IMG/VR virus record: IMGVR_UViG_3300030333_005911
Span: 1 to 53,976 of that record
DNA length: 53,976 nt
Strand: one strand, 5' to 3'
Origin: a virus
Taxonomy: Duplodnaviria > Caudoviricetes
Positions 46,765 to 53,976 of this stretch are shown piece after piece. The position numbers and the translations under genes are program-made. Numbering within the stretch: position 1 is the stretch's first letter; each line of letters starts with the position of its first letter. The notes below the pieces were generated by a model. It was not told where the DNA came from. It saw only the letters and a list, made by a program, of their open reading frames with translations, and searched no databases.

Positions 46765-46874
46765 ATTAAATTTCCTTTCTCAGTTATAAATAAGATTATA
46801 ATCATTTTTTCACAAATGTAAACCCCAAAATTAAAAATAATCATATTTTCTTCTCCTTTGAAAACAATAACTTA
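46765..46874 (-). promoter_or_regulatory. Repeated promoter module, copy B
   Basis: TAAGTTATTGTTTTCAAA box; GGGG-TTTACA-16 nt-TATAAT; RBS GAGAAAGGA; 46813-46841 identical to 39037-39065. Confidence 0.82.
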
Positions 46875-46878
46875 TAAA

Positions 46879-48345
46879 TTATATAGAAAAAAACTTTAAT
46901 CCTCTTGGTCTAACAAGGTACAAATTTTGCTTTGCACGAGTCAATGCAACATACCAAACTCTATTTTCTTCATCCTTTCCTAAACTCTCCCAACTTAGTC
47001 TTCCCATATCTGTTAATAATACAACATTATCAGCTTCACCACCTTTACTTTGATGAATTGTAGAGATGTTAATTCTAGGTTTAGAATTAAATTTTTCTCC
47101 GTTCCTCATGCAAGACCTTAAATATTCTCTTTCGTCTGGTGCTATTTTTTTTAAAATCTGCATCCAGTCTCTATGAATAGCTTCTCTGGGGAGAGAAAGA
47201 TGTTCTATATTGTAACTTTCTCGTTTATCCAACTTCACTTTAAAAGTAAAGAAATTTATTAAGTTTTTTGCATCAGGCATTGATATTGGCTGATCTTTTC
47301 TAATTTTTTCCCAAGATGTTATTGCTTTAGTTTCATCACTTTCTAAAGAGCTTTTACCATTATAATTATATGCATATCCTTGTTGCCTTACAGATCTTTT
47401 TAATCTGTTCAATAAATATTTACTTCTAGACATGCAAAGCCAGCTTTCATCTCCTTTAAAATTAACTTGCTGCTCATCAGCAATATATTCTACATTTCCT
47501 TTTTCAGTTCTAGGACTCCAAGGTTTTATATATCTATTTTTTATTCTTTTAACAACATCACTTGCTAGTTGATGAACTTTCATAGGTATTCTGAAAGATT
47601 GTGGAAGTATTTTTTTGTCACCTTTTAAATTTAAAAATTTATTCACATCAGCTCCTGCCCAGCCAAAAATAGCTTGATCATCGTCACCTGCTATATAAAC
47701 TTCAGAAGCTTCAGCTGATGCCTTTATTGCCATTCGATATTGCAAAGAACTTAAATCTTGTGCTTCATCAATTATGCATATTTCTACTGGCAAAGGAGAA
47801 GTGTATTTTTCCAGCATGTCTGTAAAATCTAAAAGACCATTTTGTTTTTTGTAAATTCTAAGACTTTCAGCATATTGTTTTGCTGCATGTAAAGTCAAGT
47901 CCATTTGATTACTTAAATAATATTGTTTATCTATTGAACGAAGACCAACTCTCGCCAAAGACTCTAGTCTTGAACATTTATCACCCAGACCATCTCCAAT
48001 ATGTATTCCCAAATCTTCATCATAAATACCTCTAAATTCTATTCCTAAAGCTTTGCCAATATTTCTGTAATGCATATTGGTCATAACTTCATCTCTTTGC
48101 AAACCTAGTCTTTTAAATGCAAGAGAATGTAAAGTTCTAAAAAAAGGAAAACGATCAGCATCAAAACCAAATTGAACCATAGCTCTTTCCTGAGCTTCAT
48201 TTGCAGCTTTTCTTGTAAAAGCAAGGTAAGCAATTTTTTCTGGTTGCACACCTCTTTTAAGACTAGCTTCAACAATATTAAGTAAAGTTGTCGTCTTCCC
48301 TGTTCCTGGAGGACCCAAAATTATTTGCACATGTCTCAAAATCAT
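46879..48345 (-). CDS. UvrD/Rep-like SF1 helicase
   Basis: GPPGTGKT, DEAQD, GDDDQAIF, QSFR, TIHQSKGGE, YVALTRA. Confidence 0.95.
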   Translation of the reverse strand: MILRHVQIILGPPGTGKTTTLLNIVEASLKRGVQPEKIAYLAFTRKAANEAQERAMVQFGFDADRFPFFRTLHSLAFKRLGLQRDEVMTNMHYRNIGKALGIEFRGIYDEDLGIHIGDGLGDKCSRLESLARVGLRSIDKQYYLSNQMDLTLHAAKQYAESLRIYKKQNGLLDFTDMLEKYTSPLPVEICIIDEAQDLSSLQYRMAIKASAEASEVYIAGDDDQAIFGWAGADVNKFLNLKGDKKILPQSFRIPMKVHQLASDVVKRIKNRYIKPWSPRTEKGNVEYIADEQQVNFKGDESWLCMSRSKYLLNRLKRSVRQQGYAYNYNGKSSLESDETKAITSWEKIRKDQPISMPDAKNLINFFTFKVKLDKRESYNIEHLSLPREAIHRDWMQILKKIAPDEREYLRSCMRNGEKFNSKPRINISTIHQSKGGEADNVVLLTDMGRLSWESLGKDEENRVWYVALTRAKQNLYLVRPRGLKFFSI

Positions 48346-48457
48346 TCCTTTCTAAATCTTCTTTAAATCTTCTTTTTATGTAATCATAATAAGATTCATA
48401 GCAATAATGATCTTCACCTTCGATTATTTCTTTAAAACATTTAGGGCATATTATCAT
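48278..48457 (-). CDS. Possible 59-aa Zn-finger-like protein (not in ORF track)
   Basis: MIICPKC...HYC; ATGA overlap with upstream ORF; 3' end overlaps the UvrD start. Confidence 0.5.
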   Translation of the reverse strand: MIICPKCFKEIIEGEDHYCYESYYDYIKRRFKEDLERNDFETCANNFGSSRNREDDNFT

Positions 48458-48615
48458 TTGTACTCACCTTTAAATTCTTTTGCTTTTTGGTAAACTAACA
48501 CAAAAGCATTACAATTATTACAAGATAAATTTGTTACAATATCGTATTCCTCATTTTCTTCTTCAACATGATCACCACCCCAAATTAATTTCTCTTTACA
48601 TACATAACATTTCAT
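48454..48615 (-). CDS. 53-aa zinc-ribbon protein (not in ORF track)
   Basis: MKCYVC..LIWGGDH...NLSCNNC; TAATG coupling to the primase gene. Confidence 0.75.
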   Translation of the reverse strand: MKCYVCKEKLIWGGDHVEEENEEYDIVTNLSCNNCNAFVLVYQKAKEFKGEYK

Positions 48616-50144
48616 TAAAAGTCCTCCGTAACTTCACTAGGTATATCAAGTGCATCCTCTTCATCAAAAAATTCAGGCTCAGGCACTGACCATACTTTAA
48701 CTGGTTTGCTTTTAATTCTAAAGGTTTTTCTATCACCACCTAAAGATCTAAGCCAAGACCAAACTTGATGTTGACTTGGATATTTAAATCTTCTAGCATC
48801 TAAATATATAAATAAATCTTCTGATCTAAAATAAACTCTGCCTTCCTCAGAATCATGCCATGGTTTACTATTCATTATTTCATCTCTTTGTCTAGCTTGT
48901 ACTTTTCCAGTTAAAAAGCTGTCTAAAACTTTTTCAAATTGTCCCTGAGGAGAAGCATCATCTGGATCTATTACAACTTCAACACTTTGCAAAAGCTCAT
49001 TAATTCTTTTCTCCCATCTTTGAGCTGGCATGGTGCTAGGGCATTTGTTAAGTTTTTCTACACATATTTTTTGTAATTGTCTCTGGTCAAGTAATTGAGG
49101 TGTTGTTACCTCTATTCTTTCACCTTGCATTTCTATGTACCAGCGAACTGATTGTCTATTTTCAGTTTCGTACTTTGTAATGGCATCAACTTCTAAAGCT
49201 AAACCACCACCAAAACCTCCAACTCCATAACTTCTTTTCATACATTTAGATTTCTCACAATAATTACATATTGGTGCTTGTTTACAAGTATAAGCATAAT
49301 CTTTTCTACTTACAGATTTTATAAGTCCATTTACTTCAGAAGATGGCAAAGGTTCATCAAGATTTTCATAATTGAATTTCATAAGATCTTCTTGCCAATC
49401 GTCTGGGTTCTTTTTTCTATAATAAACACCGACATTAAAAAGAGAACTATTTCTGCTTCCTTCTGGGAAACCCATTGTCATAATATGCTGAAGGCAAGGT
49501 GGACCATCACTAAAATTATCAACTAAATTAAATTCTAGTTTTTCTAATTTTTCATAAGTTGTTCTTTTCTTTTCTGCTAATTTTATAAAATCTTCTACAT
49601 TTAATTTTTTGCCTTTATGTATTGCATATCTTTCTGTTTTATCACCATTGTGATAACATATATTAATCCAGTTTCCACGATCTCTGTCGTTTGCTCTAGA
49701 TATTTGTTTAGGAAATATTTCTGAACCACCATAACCTAGTTGTGCAGCAAATTCATTCAGCTTAGATACCATATCAATTGCAGGAATGCTAGGATTGCAA
49801 AACATGTACAAATGAGCACCACCACTTTTAGAGCGACAAAGAACCAATGGCAGTTCTCTAATTTTCTTTTCAAGACTTTCCAATGTTTCATTTAATTTCG
49901 CTTCACCTCTAATATCAACATCTATAACTCCAAAATAACAACTGTTGTCCATAAGTAAAGGAATGATTCCTAGTATGTATTCACCACCATTTAAATGTTC
50001 TTTAAAATTTTTCTCTGTAACAGGTTCACTAACTGTTACTGCTCGCCCTGACATTTTTCCGTCAGCTTCTTTTTTATTTACTCTGTATTGACCATGTGCA
50101 AGTTCATAACCTTGAAAAAGCTCCATGAATTTATTGACTGCCAT
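48615..50144 (-). CDS. Archaeo-eukaryotic-type primase with PriCT-like domain
   Basis: IDVD, SKSGGAH, INI motifs; PPC..G.RN PriCT-like segment; Cys cluster. Confidence 0.8.
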   Translation of the reverse strand: MAVNKFMELFQGYELAHGQYRVNKKEADGKMSGRAVTVSEPVTEKNFKEHLNGGEYILGIIPLLMDNSCYFGVIDVDIRGEAKLNETLESLEKKIRELPLVLCRSKSGGAHLYMFCNPSIPAIDMVSKLNEFAAQLGYGGSEIFPKQISRANDRDRGNWINICYHNGDKTERYAIHKGKKLNVEDFIKLAEKKRTTYEKLEKLEFNLVDNFSDGPPCLQHIMTMGFPEGSRNSSLFNVGVYYRKKNPDDWQEDLMKFNYENLDEPLPSSEVNGLIKSVSRKDYAYTCKQAPICNYCEKSKCMKRSYGVGGFGGGLALEVDAITKYETENRQSVRWYIEMQGERIEVTTPQLLDQRQLQKICVEKLNKCPSTMPAQRWEKRINELLQSVEVVIDPDDASPQGQFEKVLDSFLTGKVQARQRDEIMNSKPWHDSEEGRVYFRSEDLFIYLDARRFKYPSQHQVWSWLRSLGGDRKTFRIKSKPVKVWSVPEPEFFDEEDALDIPSEVTEDF

Positions 50145-50163
50145 ATTAAATCCTTTCTAAAGT

Positions 50164-50197
50164 GAGCCACCAGAAACAGGCCAGAAACTGATGGCTC
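50164..50197 (-). promoter_or_regulatory. Stem-loop upstream of primase RBS
   Basis: GAGCCATCAG / CTGGTGGCTC 10-bp stem (one G-U) with 14-nt loop on the - strand. Confidence 0.55.
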
Positions 50198-50224
50198 TCC
50201 TCTACGTTGTAGCCATGGAGTAAA

Positions 50225-51010
50225 CTACATCGTATCTTCATCTGGGCTGTCAGGTTTTACGTCTATCTCTCCAGATTTAACTTTCTTACTGAAAGATCTA
50301 GCTTCTAAATACAAAGCCTGACCATTAGAAAGTTGCTTTAATATACCACCACTTTTGGCATCATATTTAATTTCAACTTCCCAATTAAACCAAGACCCAA
50401 AATCATTTTGCTCAGGGACAGTTTTTAAAGTGTAAGCTGTCCAAAACATAGCAGGATTAATTGTACCTTTTCCAGTTGGGTGTGGAATTTGCAATCTGTT
50501 AATCATAGAATTCCATTTCCTGGATTTCTTTAAACCTGAAGAACTCATAGAAACAATAGCTGGACTAAACATACCATCTTCGCTCACAACTTGAACATAA
50601 TATTCAGCAGTTAAAGATAAGCTATGACCATTACTATTGTTTATTAATGCACCTTTATCATTTTGAATAAAGTCATCTCTGTTTGTAGGTTCAAGTCCAT
50701 GGTCAGCTATCAACTTTCTTTTATCAGACCATTCGATAAAAGTTTTTTTATAACTTACAGGAACAACTGTAATACCTTTAGAACCATCAAAAACTTTACC
50801 AGCAACATTATCTAAAATGTGTCCAGCTTCAGCTCCTTTAATATAAGAGCCATCTGCTTTATTGACTTCAGGTGATTGAGTTTGTAGAATTTTAAGACGT
50901 GGGATAAGTAAATCATCCTGCGTCATATTTTTAAGTGCTGCATCTGAATCTTCTACTAACATAGATGCATCGAATGGGACTATGTCCCCTTGAGTTTGAG
51001 TTGTCGCCAT
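50225..51010 (-). CDS. Putative single-stranded DNA-binding/annealing protein
   Basis: IPRLKILQ..SP, M.SS..K.S.KWN, GSWF motifs and acidic C-terminal tail; replication context. Confidence 0.55.
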   Translation of the reverse strand: MATTQTQGDIVPFDASMLVEDSDAALKNMTQDDLLIPRLKILQTQSPEVNKADGSYIKGAEAGHILDNVAGKVFDGSKGITVVPVSYKKTFIEWSDKRKLIADHGLEPTNRDDFIQNDKGALINNSNGHSLSLTAEYYVQVVSEDGMFSPAIVSMSSSGLKKSRKWNSMINRLQIPHPTGKGTINPAMFWTAYTLKTVPEQNDFGSWFNWEVEIKYDAKSGGILKQLSNGQALYLEARSFSKKVKSGEIDVKPDSPDEDTM

Positions 51011-51011
51011 T

Positions 51012-51602
51012 TTATTCTCCTTTCACAAAAATAGCTTTTCTTCCAGTGTAGACTTTAAAGAGATCATATGGAATTTCTTTTCCGTCTTTAACTCTTTCGT
51101 TAAGGACACCATTTAATTGACCATGATGAACTCCAACTGCTCGACTATAAAAAAGATCTTTTTTGCGTAATTCATCTACAAAATCATTACACTTTTGATC
51201 CTCTTCTTTGCCAAACTGCACATTAACATTGCTTTTAATTATGTCGCCAAGATTATTATCTCGCAACCAATCTAAACATTGTTGTTGCCTTAATTCAAGT
51301 TCAAATTTATCATCGCCTTTTGCTTTTGCTATGGCTGTATTTGAAGGAATTGAACCTGAAAGGATTTCTTTGATCTTACATTTAGTTCCATTATCTAAAG
51401 TAAAATCTCTACAGTTTAGCTCTTGCATTAAGTCAGGCAAGTCCTGTTCAGCTAATCTTGTGAAATCCAACTTCTTTTTCTTCAACAGATCTTCGAGCTG
51501 TTTAATCTCTTCCTGGAGATCATACATCCTTTGACCCATATCAGTAATTGCACCTAAAGAGTTTGATGCAGGTGCTACATCATCGAGTGGATTTATTGTC
51601 AT
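51012..51602 (-). CDS. Conserved replication-module protein
   Basis: Coiled coil + LP.LM, WLRDN..GDIIK, VH pattern. Confidence 0.65.
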   Translation of the reverse strand: MTINPLDDVAPASNSLGAITDMGQRMYDLQEEIKQLEDLLKKKKLDFTRLAEQDLPDLMQELNCRDFTLDNGTKCKIKEILSGSIPSNTAIAKAKGDDKFELELRQQQCLDWLRDNNLGDIIKSNVNVQFGKEEDQKCNDFVDELRKKDLFYSRAVGVHHGQLNGVLNERVKDGKEIPYDLFKVYTGRKAIFVKGE

Positions 51603-51966
51603 TATTTTCCTTTCTCATTTCTAAGGCAACAGGCATATACCAACCTTTACGTCGATCTCTGTCACCTTCTTCTATATTTCGCTCCCATCTTAAAATGCGA
51701 ACTATTGGAGAATTTTCAGCTGCAATCATACATACTATCATAACTGCAATTGGATCTCCACCTCCTGGCCAAAGAAGATAATCCTCTGGACCAAAATCTT
51801 TTAATATCCTTCTGGCTTTTTGTATAGAAGGATTAGGTAAAAATTGTGGCTTTTCATTTGCTTCGAAAACAACCTCGATAGAACCATATCTGGAAGCATC
51901 AGATAAATCTGGTGTCCAACCAAACTTATTTACTTTGGGTCTATTTACTAAATATACTTTTGCCAT
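51580..51966 (-). CDS. Conserved hypothetical protein
   Basis: A.RYG, DYLL..GDP, L.W.R motifs; GAGAAAGGA RBS. Confidence 0.7.
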   Translation of the reverse strand: MAKVYLVNRPKVNKFGWTPDLSDASRYGSIEVVFEANEKPQFLPNPSIQKARRILKDFGPEDYLLWPGGGDPIAVMIVCMIAAENSPIVRILRWERNIEEGDRDRRKGWYMPVALEMRKENNDNKSTR

Positions 51967-51994
51967 TTACCATCCTTTCTCAGCTTGGGAATTA

Positions 51995-52023
51995 ATTCTA
52001 ATTTGCAAAAAATAAAAAGTAAA
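51995..52023 (-). promoter_or_regulatory. Second-class sigma70-like promoter
   Basis: TTTACT-17 nt-TAGAAT upstream of 51966. Confidence 0.6.
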
Positions 52024-52024
52024 G

Positions 52025-52243
52025 TTATTTTTTACCAAAAACTTCTTCATATTTTTTTGTTCTCTTTTCAATTAATTCTTTTCTTTTCTCTTCTCTTTTT
52101 AAAAACTTTTCTAACTTTTGTTTAACATTTAACTTTTTAACTTTAACTTTTTTCTGTAAAGCCTTATGCATATTTTTCATAAAATTTTTGCCACCTCTAT
52201 TATACTTGGCTTTAGGTATAGGTTTTAAAGCAAACTCATCCAT
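52025..52243 (-). CDS. Lys-rich hypothetical protein
   Basis: AGAAAGGA RBS; 72 aa. Confidence 0.65.
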   Translation of the reverse strand: MDEFALKPIPKAKYNRGGKNFMKNMHKALQKKVKVKKLNVKQKLEKFLKREEKRKELIEKRTKKYEEVFGKK

Positions 52244-52267
52244 TTTTGTTCCTTTCTAATTAATTTT

Positions 52268-52296
52268 ATGTTAATTTACAAAAATAAAAAAGTAAA
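52268..52296 (-). promoter_or_regulatory. Second-class sigma70-like promoter
   Basis: TTTACT-17 nt-TAACAT; spacer nearly identical to that at 51995-52023. Confidence 0.55.
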
Positions 52297-52316
52297 ATAT
52301 TTTTTTGCGATCCCCA

Positions 52317-52513
52317 GTTACCGACGTTACCGATCGATGTTTGTTTTTGGGTACGTTCTAGAAAAAATGCTGCATTATATAAGGAGATATTTTATGAAAA
52401 AATTTGTGAAAAAAATCTTACTTTTGTCGGTAACTCGGTAACGCAAAGCATCTTTGTTTACTGTTTACAGTGTGTTATAAATGTTACCTAATGTAAAATA
52501 AATCGGTAACCGA
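52317..52513. repeat. Iteron-like GTTACCGA/TCGGTAAC array, candidate replication origin
   Basis: GTTACCGA at 52317 and 52326; TCGGTAAC at 52427, 52435 and 52503; GTTACC at 52483; lies between divergent promoters. Confidence 0.6.
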
Positions 52514-52528
52514 AACCGACGACTGGGT

Positions 52529-52637
52529 TAAGTCATTGTTTTTAAACAGATCTTTTTTTAAAAAAATTACTTTTTGGGGTTTACATTTCTGAAAAAATGC
52601 TTATATTAATAGTATAACGATTTGAGAAAGGAAACAA
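52529..52637 (+). promoter_or_regulatory. Repeated promoter module, copy C
   Basis: TAAGTCATTGTTTTTAAACAGA box; GGGG-TTTACA (52580)-16 nt-TATATT (52602); RBS GAGAAAGGA; 52533-52561 is the reverse complement of 39065-39093. Confidence 0.82.
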
Positions 52638-52955
52638 ATGACAAAATTTACAAAAGATAATTTACAAATAAAAAAGGGAGATAACTGTAATTATATATTT
52701 TATGGTGAAAAGTTTGTAGCCAGATTGAAATATGGTGCGAAAACATCTGCTCCTAGTTTTAGAAAATTTTTAATCGATAATTTTACAGTTGAAGAATATT
52801 TTGAACGTATTATTAATGGTGAGATGCCATTAGATATTTTAAAGTCAAAAGGATATTTATTGTTACACATTAGACAATGGTTAAAAAGAGACGGCTTTCC
52901 TCAAACATTAGAAGGCTATAAATTATTTAAAGAAAAAGCTTTTAGTAGAGTATAA
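52638..52955 (+). CDS. Hypothetical early protein
   Basis: First gene behind promoter copy C. Confidence 0.75.
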   Translation: MTKFTKDNLQIKKGDNCNYIFYGEKFVARLKYGAKTSAPSFRKFLIDNFTVEEYFERIINGEMPLDILKSKGYLLLHIRQWLKRDGFPQTLEGYKLFKEKAFSRV

Positions 52956-52958
52956 GAT

Positions 52959-52976
52959 TGGGGGAGAAATCCCCCA
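52959..52976 (+). other. GAAA-tetraloop hairpin without U-tract
   Basis: TGGGGGA-GAAA-TCCCCCA between two early genes. Confidence 0.65.
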
Positions 52977-52998
52977 GCCAAATTTAGAAAGGAGAAAA

Positions 52999-53196
52999 AT
53001 GATTAACCCATTAGATAAAAAAGTTCAAGCAGTTTTTCTTAAAGGACATCTTAAATTGTTGTCTGTCGGATTGAAAAACTCTAAAATGTCTGGTAAAGAC
53101 ATTCTTAATGCAGCTACAAGAATAACAGGAAATACATATAAAAGAGGTCAATACACTTTGGCTCTAAAAGATTTAGAAAGGTTTACAAATGCGTAA
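52999..53196 (+). CDS. Hypothetical early protein
   Basis: AAAGGAG RBS; YKRGQY motif. Confidence 0.75.
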   Translation: MINPLDKKVQAVFLKGHLKLLSVGLKNSKMSGKDILNAATRITGNTYKRGQYTLALKDLERFTNA

Positions 53197-53383
53197 TATA
53201 GATATTTATAAAAAATTGATAAAAGGTTTTCAAGAAAGCGAGCCTGAAAGATTAAAATTTATTCTTGAGAATAAAACTAAATTGCAATATCTTAATGAAT
53301 TAAAAGATAATATGTACACTGACATATGTGATTGGCAAAGATGGTATTCAAAATTAAATACATTGATTGATAAAGAAAAATGA
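53189..53383 (+). CDS. Hypothetical protein
   Basis: Overlapping start, AGAAAGG RBS. Confidence 0.65.
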   Translation: MRNIDIYKKLIKGFQESEPERLKFILENKTKLQYLNELKDNMYTDICDWQRWYSKLNTLIDKEK

Positions 53384-53547
53384 TTGATATATTGTCAAAA
53401 ATTTTTTTAGCAACTTTTATAAGTTTTTTGTTTACTTTCATGATAATTAATTTAATACTAGGTTGTGAGACATGGAATCAAGAACTTTGGACTGATACAA
53501 ATTCTTGCATGTCTTTTGAATTCATGTTCAAATCCATAATACAATAA
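53380..53547 (+). CDS. 55-aa single-TM protein (not in ORF track)
   Basis: ATGA overlap; MIDILSKIFLATFISFLFTFMIINLILGCETW...NSC. Confidence 0.65.
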   Translation: MIDILSKIFLATFISFLFTFMIINLILGCETWNQELWTDTNSCMSFEFMFKSIIQ

Positions 53548-53571
53548 TAATTTCCTCCCTTTTTCTCCCTG

Positions 53572-53603
53572 ACCCCAAGCCTAAAAATTTGGGGTTTCTT
53601 TTT
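53572..53603 (+). terminator. Probable terminator overlapping degenerate promoter copy D
   Basis: ACCCCAAG...TTTGGGGT stem followed by TTCTTTTT. Confidence 0.55.
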
Positions 53604-53672
53604 GCCCAGAAATGCGTTACAGTTAATTTTCAGTTGACCACTGCAAACAAGGTTTAGGAGAGATAAAGCATC

Positions 53673-53877
53673 GTGTCAGACAAAAACAAAAAAATTCAGG
53701 TGCAAAGACCAATTAATAATGGCAATAGAGTCAAGCCTGAGAAGTGGGATGGCAGGTTTAAATCTGTCGAACCTCTTAAAAATCAAAAAGCTGCACAGCC
53801 CAGACAAAAAAGATATCAAAAGTGGAATCATCCTGCAACAATCAACTGGATTATGGGACAAGCAGATCCCGTAGGAT
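53673..53877 (+). CDS. terS: Terminase small subunit, 5' part
   Basis: AGGAG RBS, GTG start, open frame MSDKNKKIQVQRP...DPVGFLASVMHG continuing into position 1. Confidence 0.7.
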
Positions 53878-53975
53878 TTCTTGCATCAGTTATGCATGGC
53901 AAAGAAATGTTTCCTGTTTATTCGCAAAGTGATGATGGCACAGTTCAAAATGTCGGAAAAATTGGAGCAGATCCT
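53878..53975. repeat. Terminal direct repeat, copy 2
   Basis: Identical to 1-98; the last base 53976 differs from position 99. Confidence 0.95.
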
Positions 53976-53976
53976 T

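Noticed and set aside
35986-51781. Short plus-strand ORFs within the replication module (e.g. 39090-39467, 45913-46257, 51208-51534)
   Set aside because: They are antisense to well-supported - strand genes.
52317-52513. CRISPR mini-array
   Set aside because: Repeats are only 8 bp, occur in both orientations with irregular spacing, and there are no cas genes.
53676-53861. 61-aa minus-strand ORF
   Set aside because: It is antisense to the 5' part of terS.
1-53976. tRNA genes, integrase/att sites, stop-codon reassignment
   Set aside because: No cloverleaf or recombinase motifs were seen by eye, and genes tile densely under the standard code with TAA, TAG and TGA all used as stops.

Overview
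The window is a complete, circularly assembled genome (53,877 bp unique; bases 1-98 recur at 53878-53975) of an AT-rich tailed dsDNA phage. Its gene content resembles uncultured marine podovirus-like phages, judged by recognition and not by a database search. The + strand block (53673 through the junction to 35758) is the packaging/virion/lysis module. It holds terminase, portal, a cluster of tiny Lys-rich proteins, a GroES-like co-chaperonin, scaffold, major capsid protein, adaptors, repeat-containing appendage proteins, holin and M15 endolysin, a tail fibre with chaperone, and ejection proteins. The - strand block (35732-52243) is the replication module: PD-(D/E)xK nuclease, SNF2 helicase, a DnaE-type (family C) polymerase with a DEDDh exonuclease, UvrD helicase and an AEP-type primase. 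It also carries an unusual nucleotide-handling cassette (two-domain ThyX-like protein, nucleoside 2-deoxyribosyltransferase-fold enzyme, YfbR/DatZ-like HD hydrolase, DUF6378-like protein). A ~105-bp promoter/RBS module occurs three times plus one degenerate copy, and two direct copies bracket exactly the polymerase and nucleotide cassette. An iteron-like GTTACCGA array at the strand switch is a candidate origin. I saw no integrase, tRNA, CRISPR array or reverse transcriptase. The best candidate for a new system is a PurZ-less DNA base-modification or nucleotide-pool remodelling cassette with its own polymerase.
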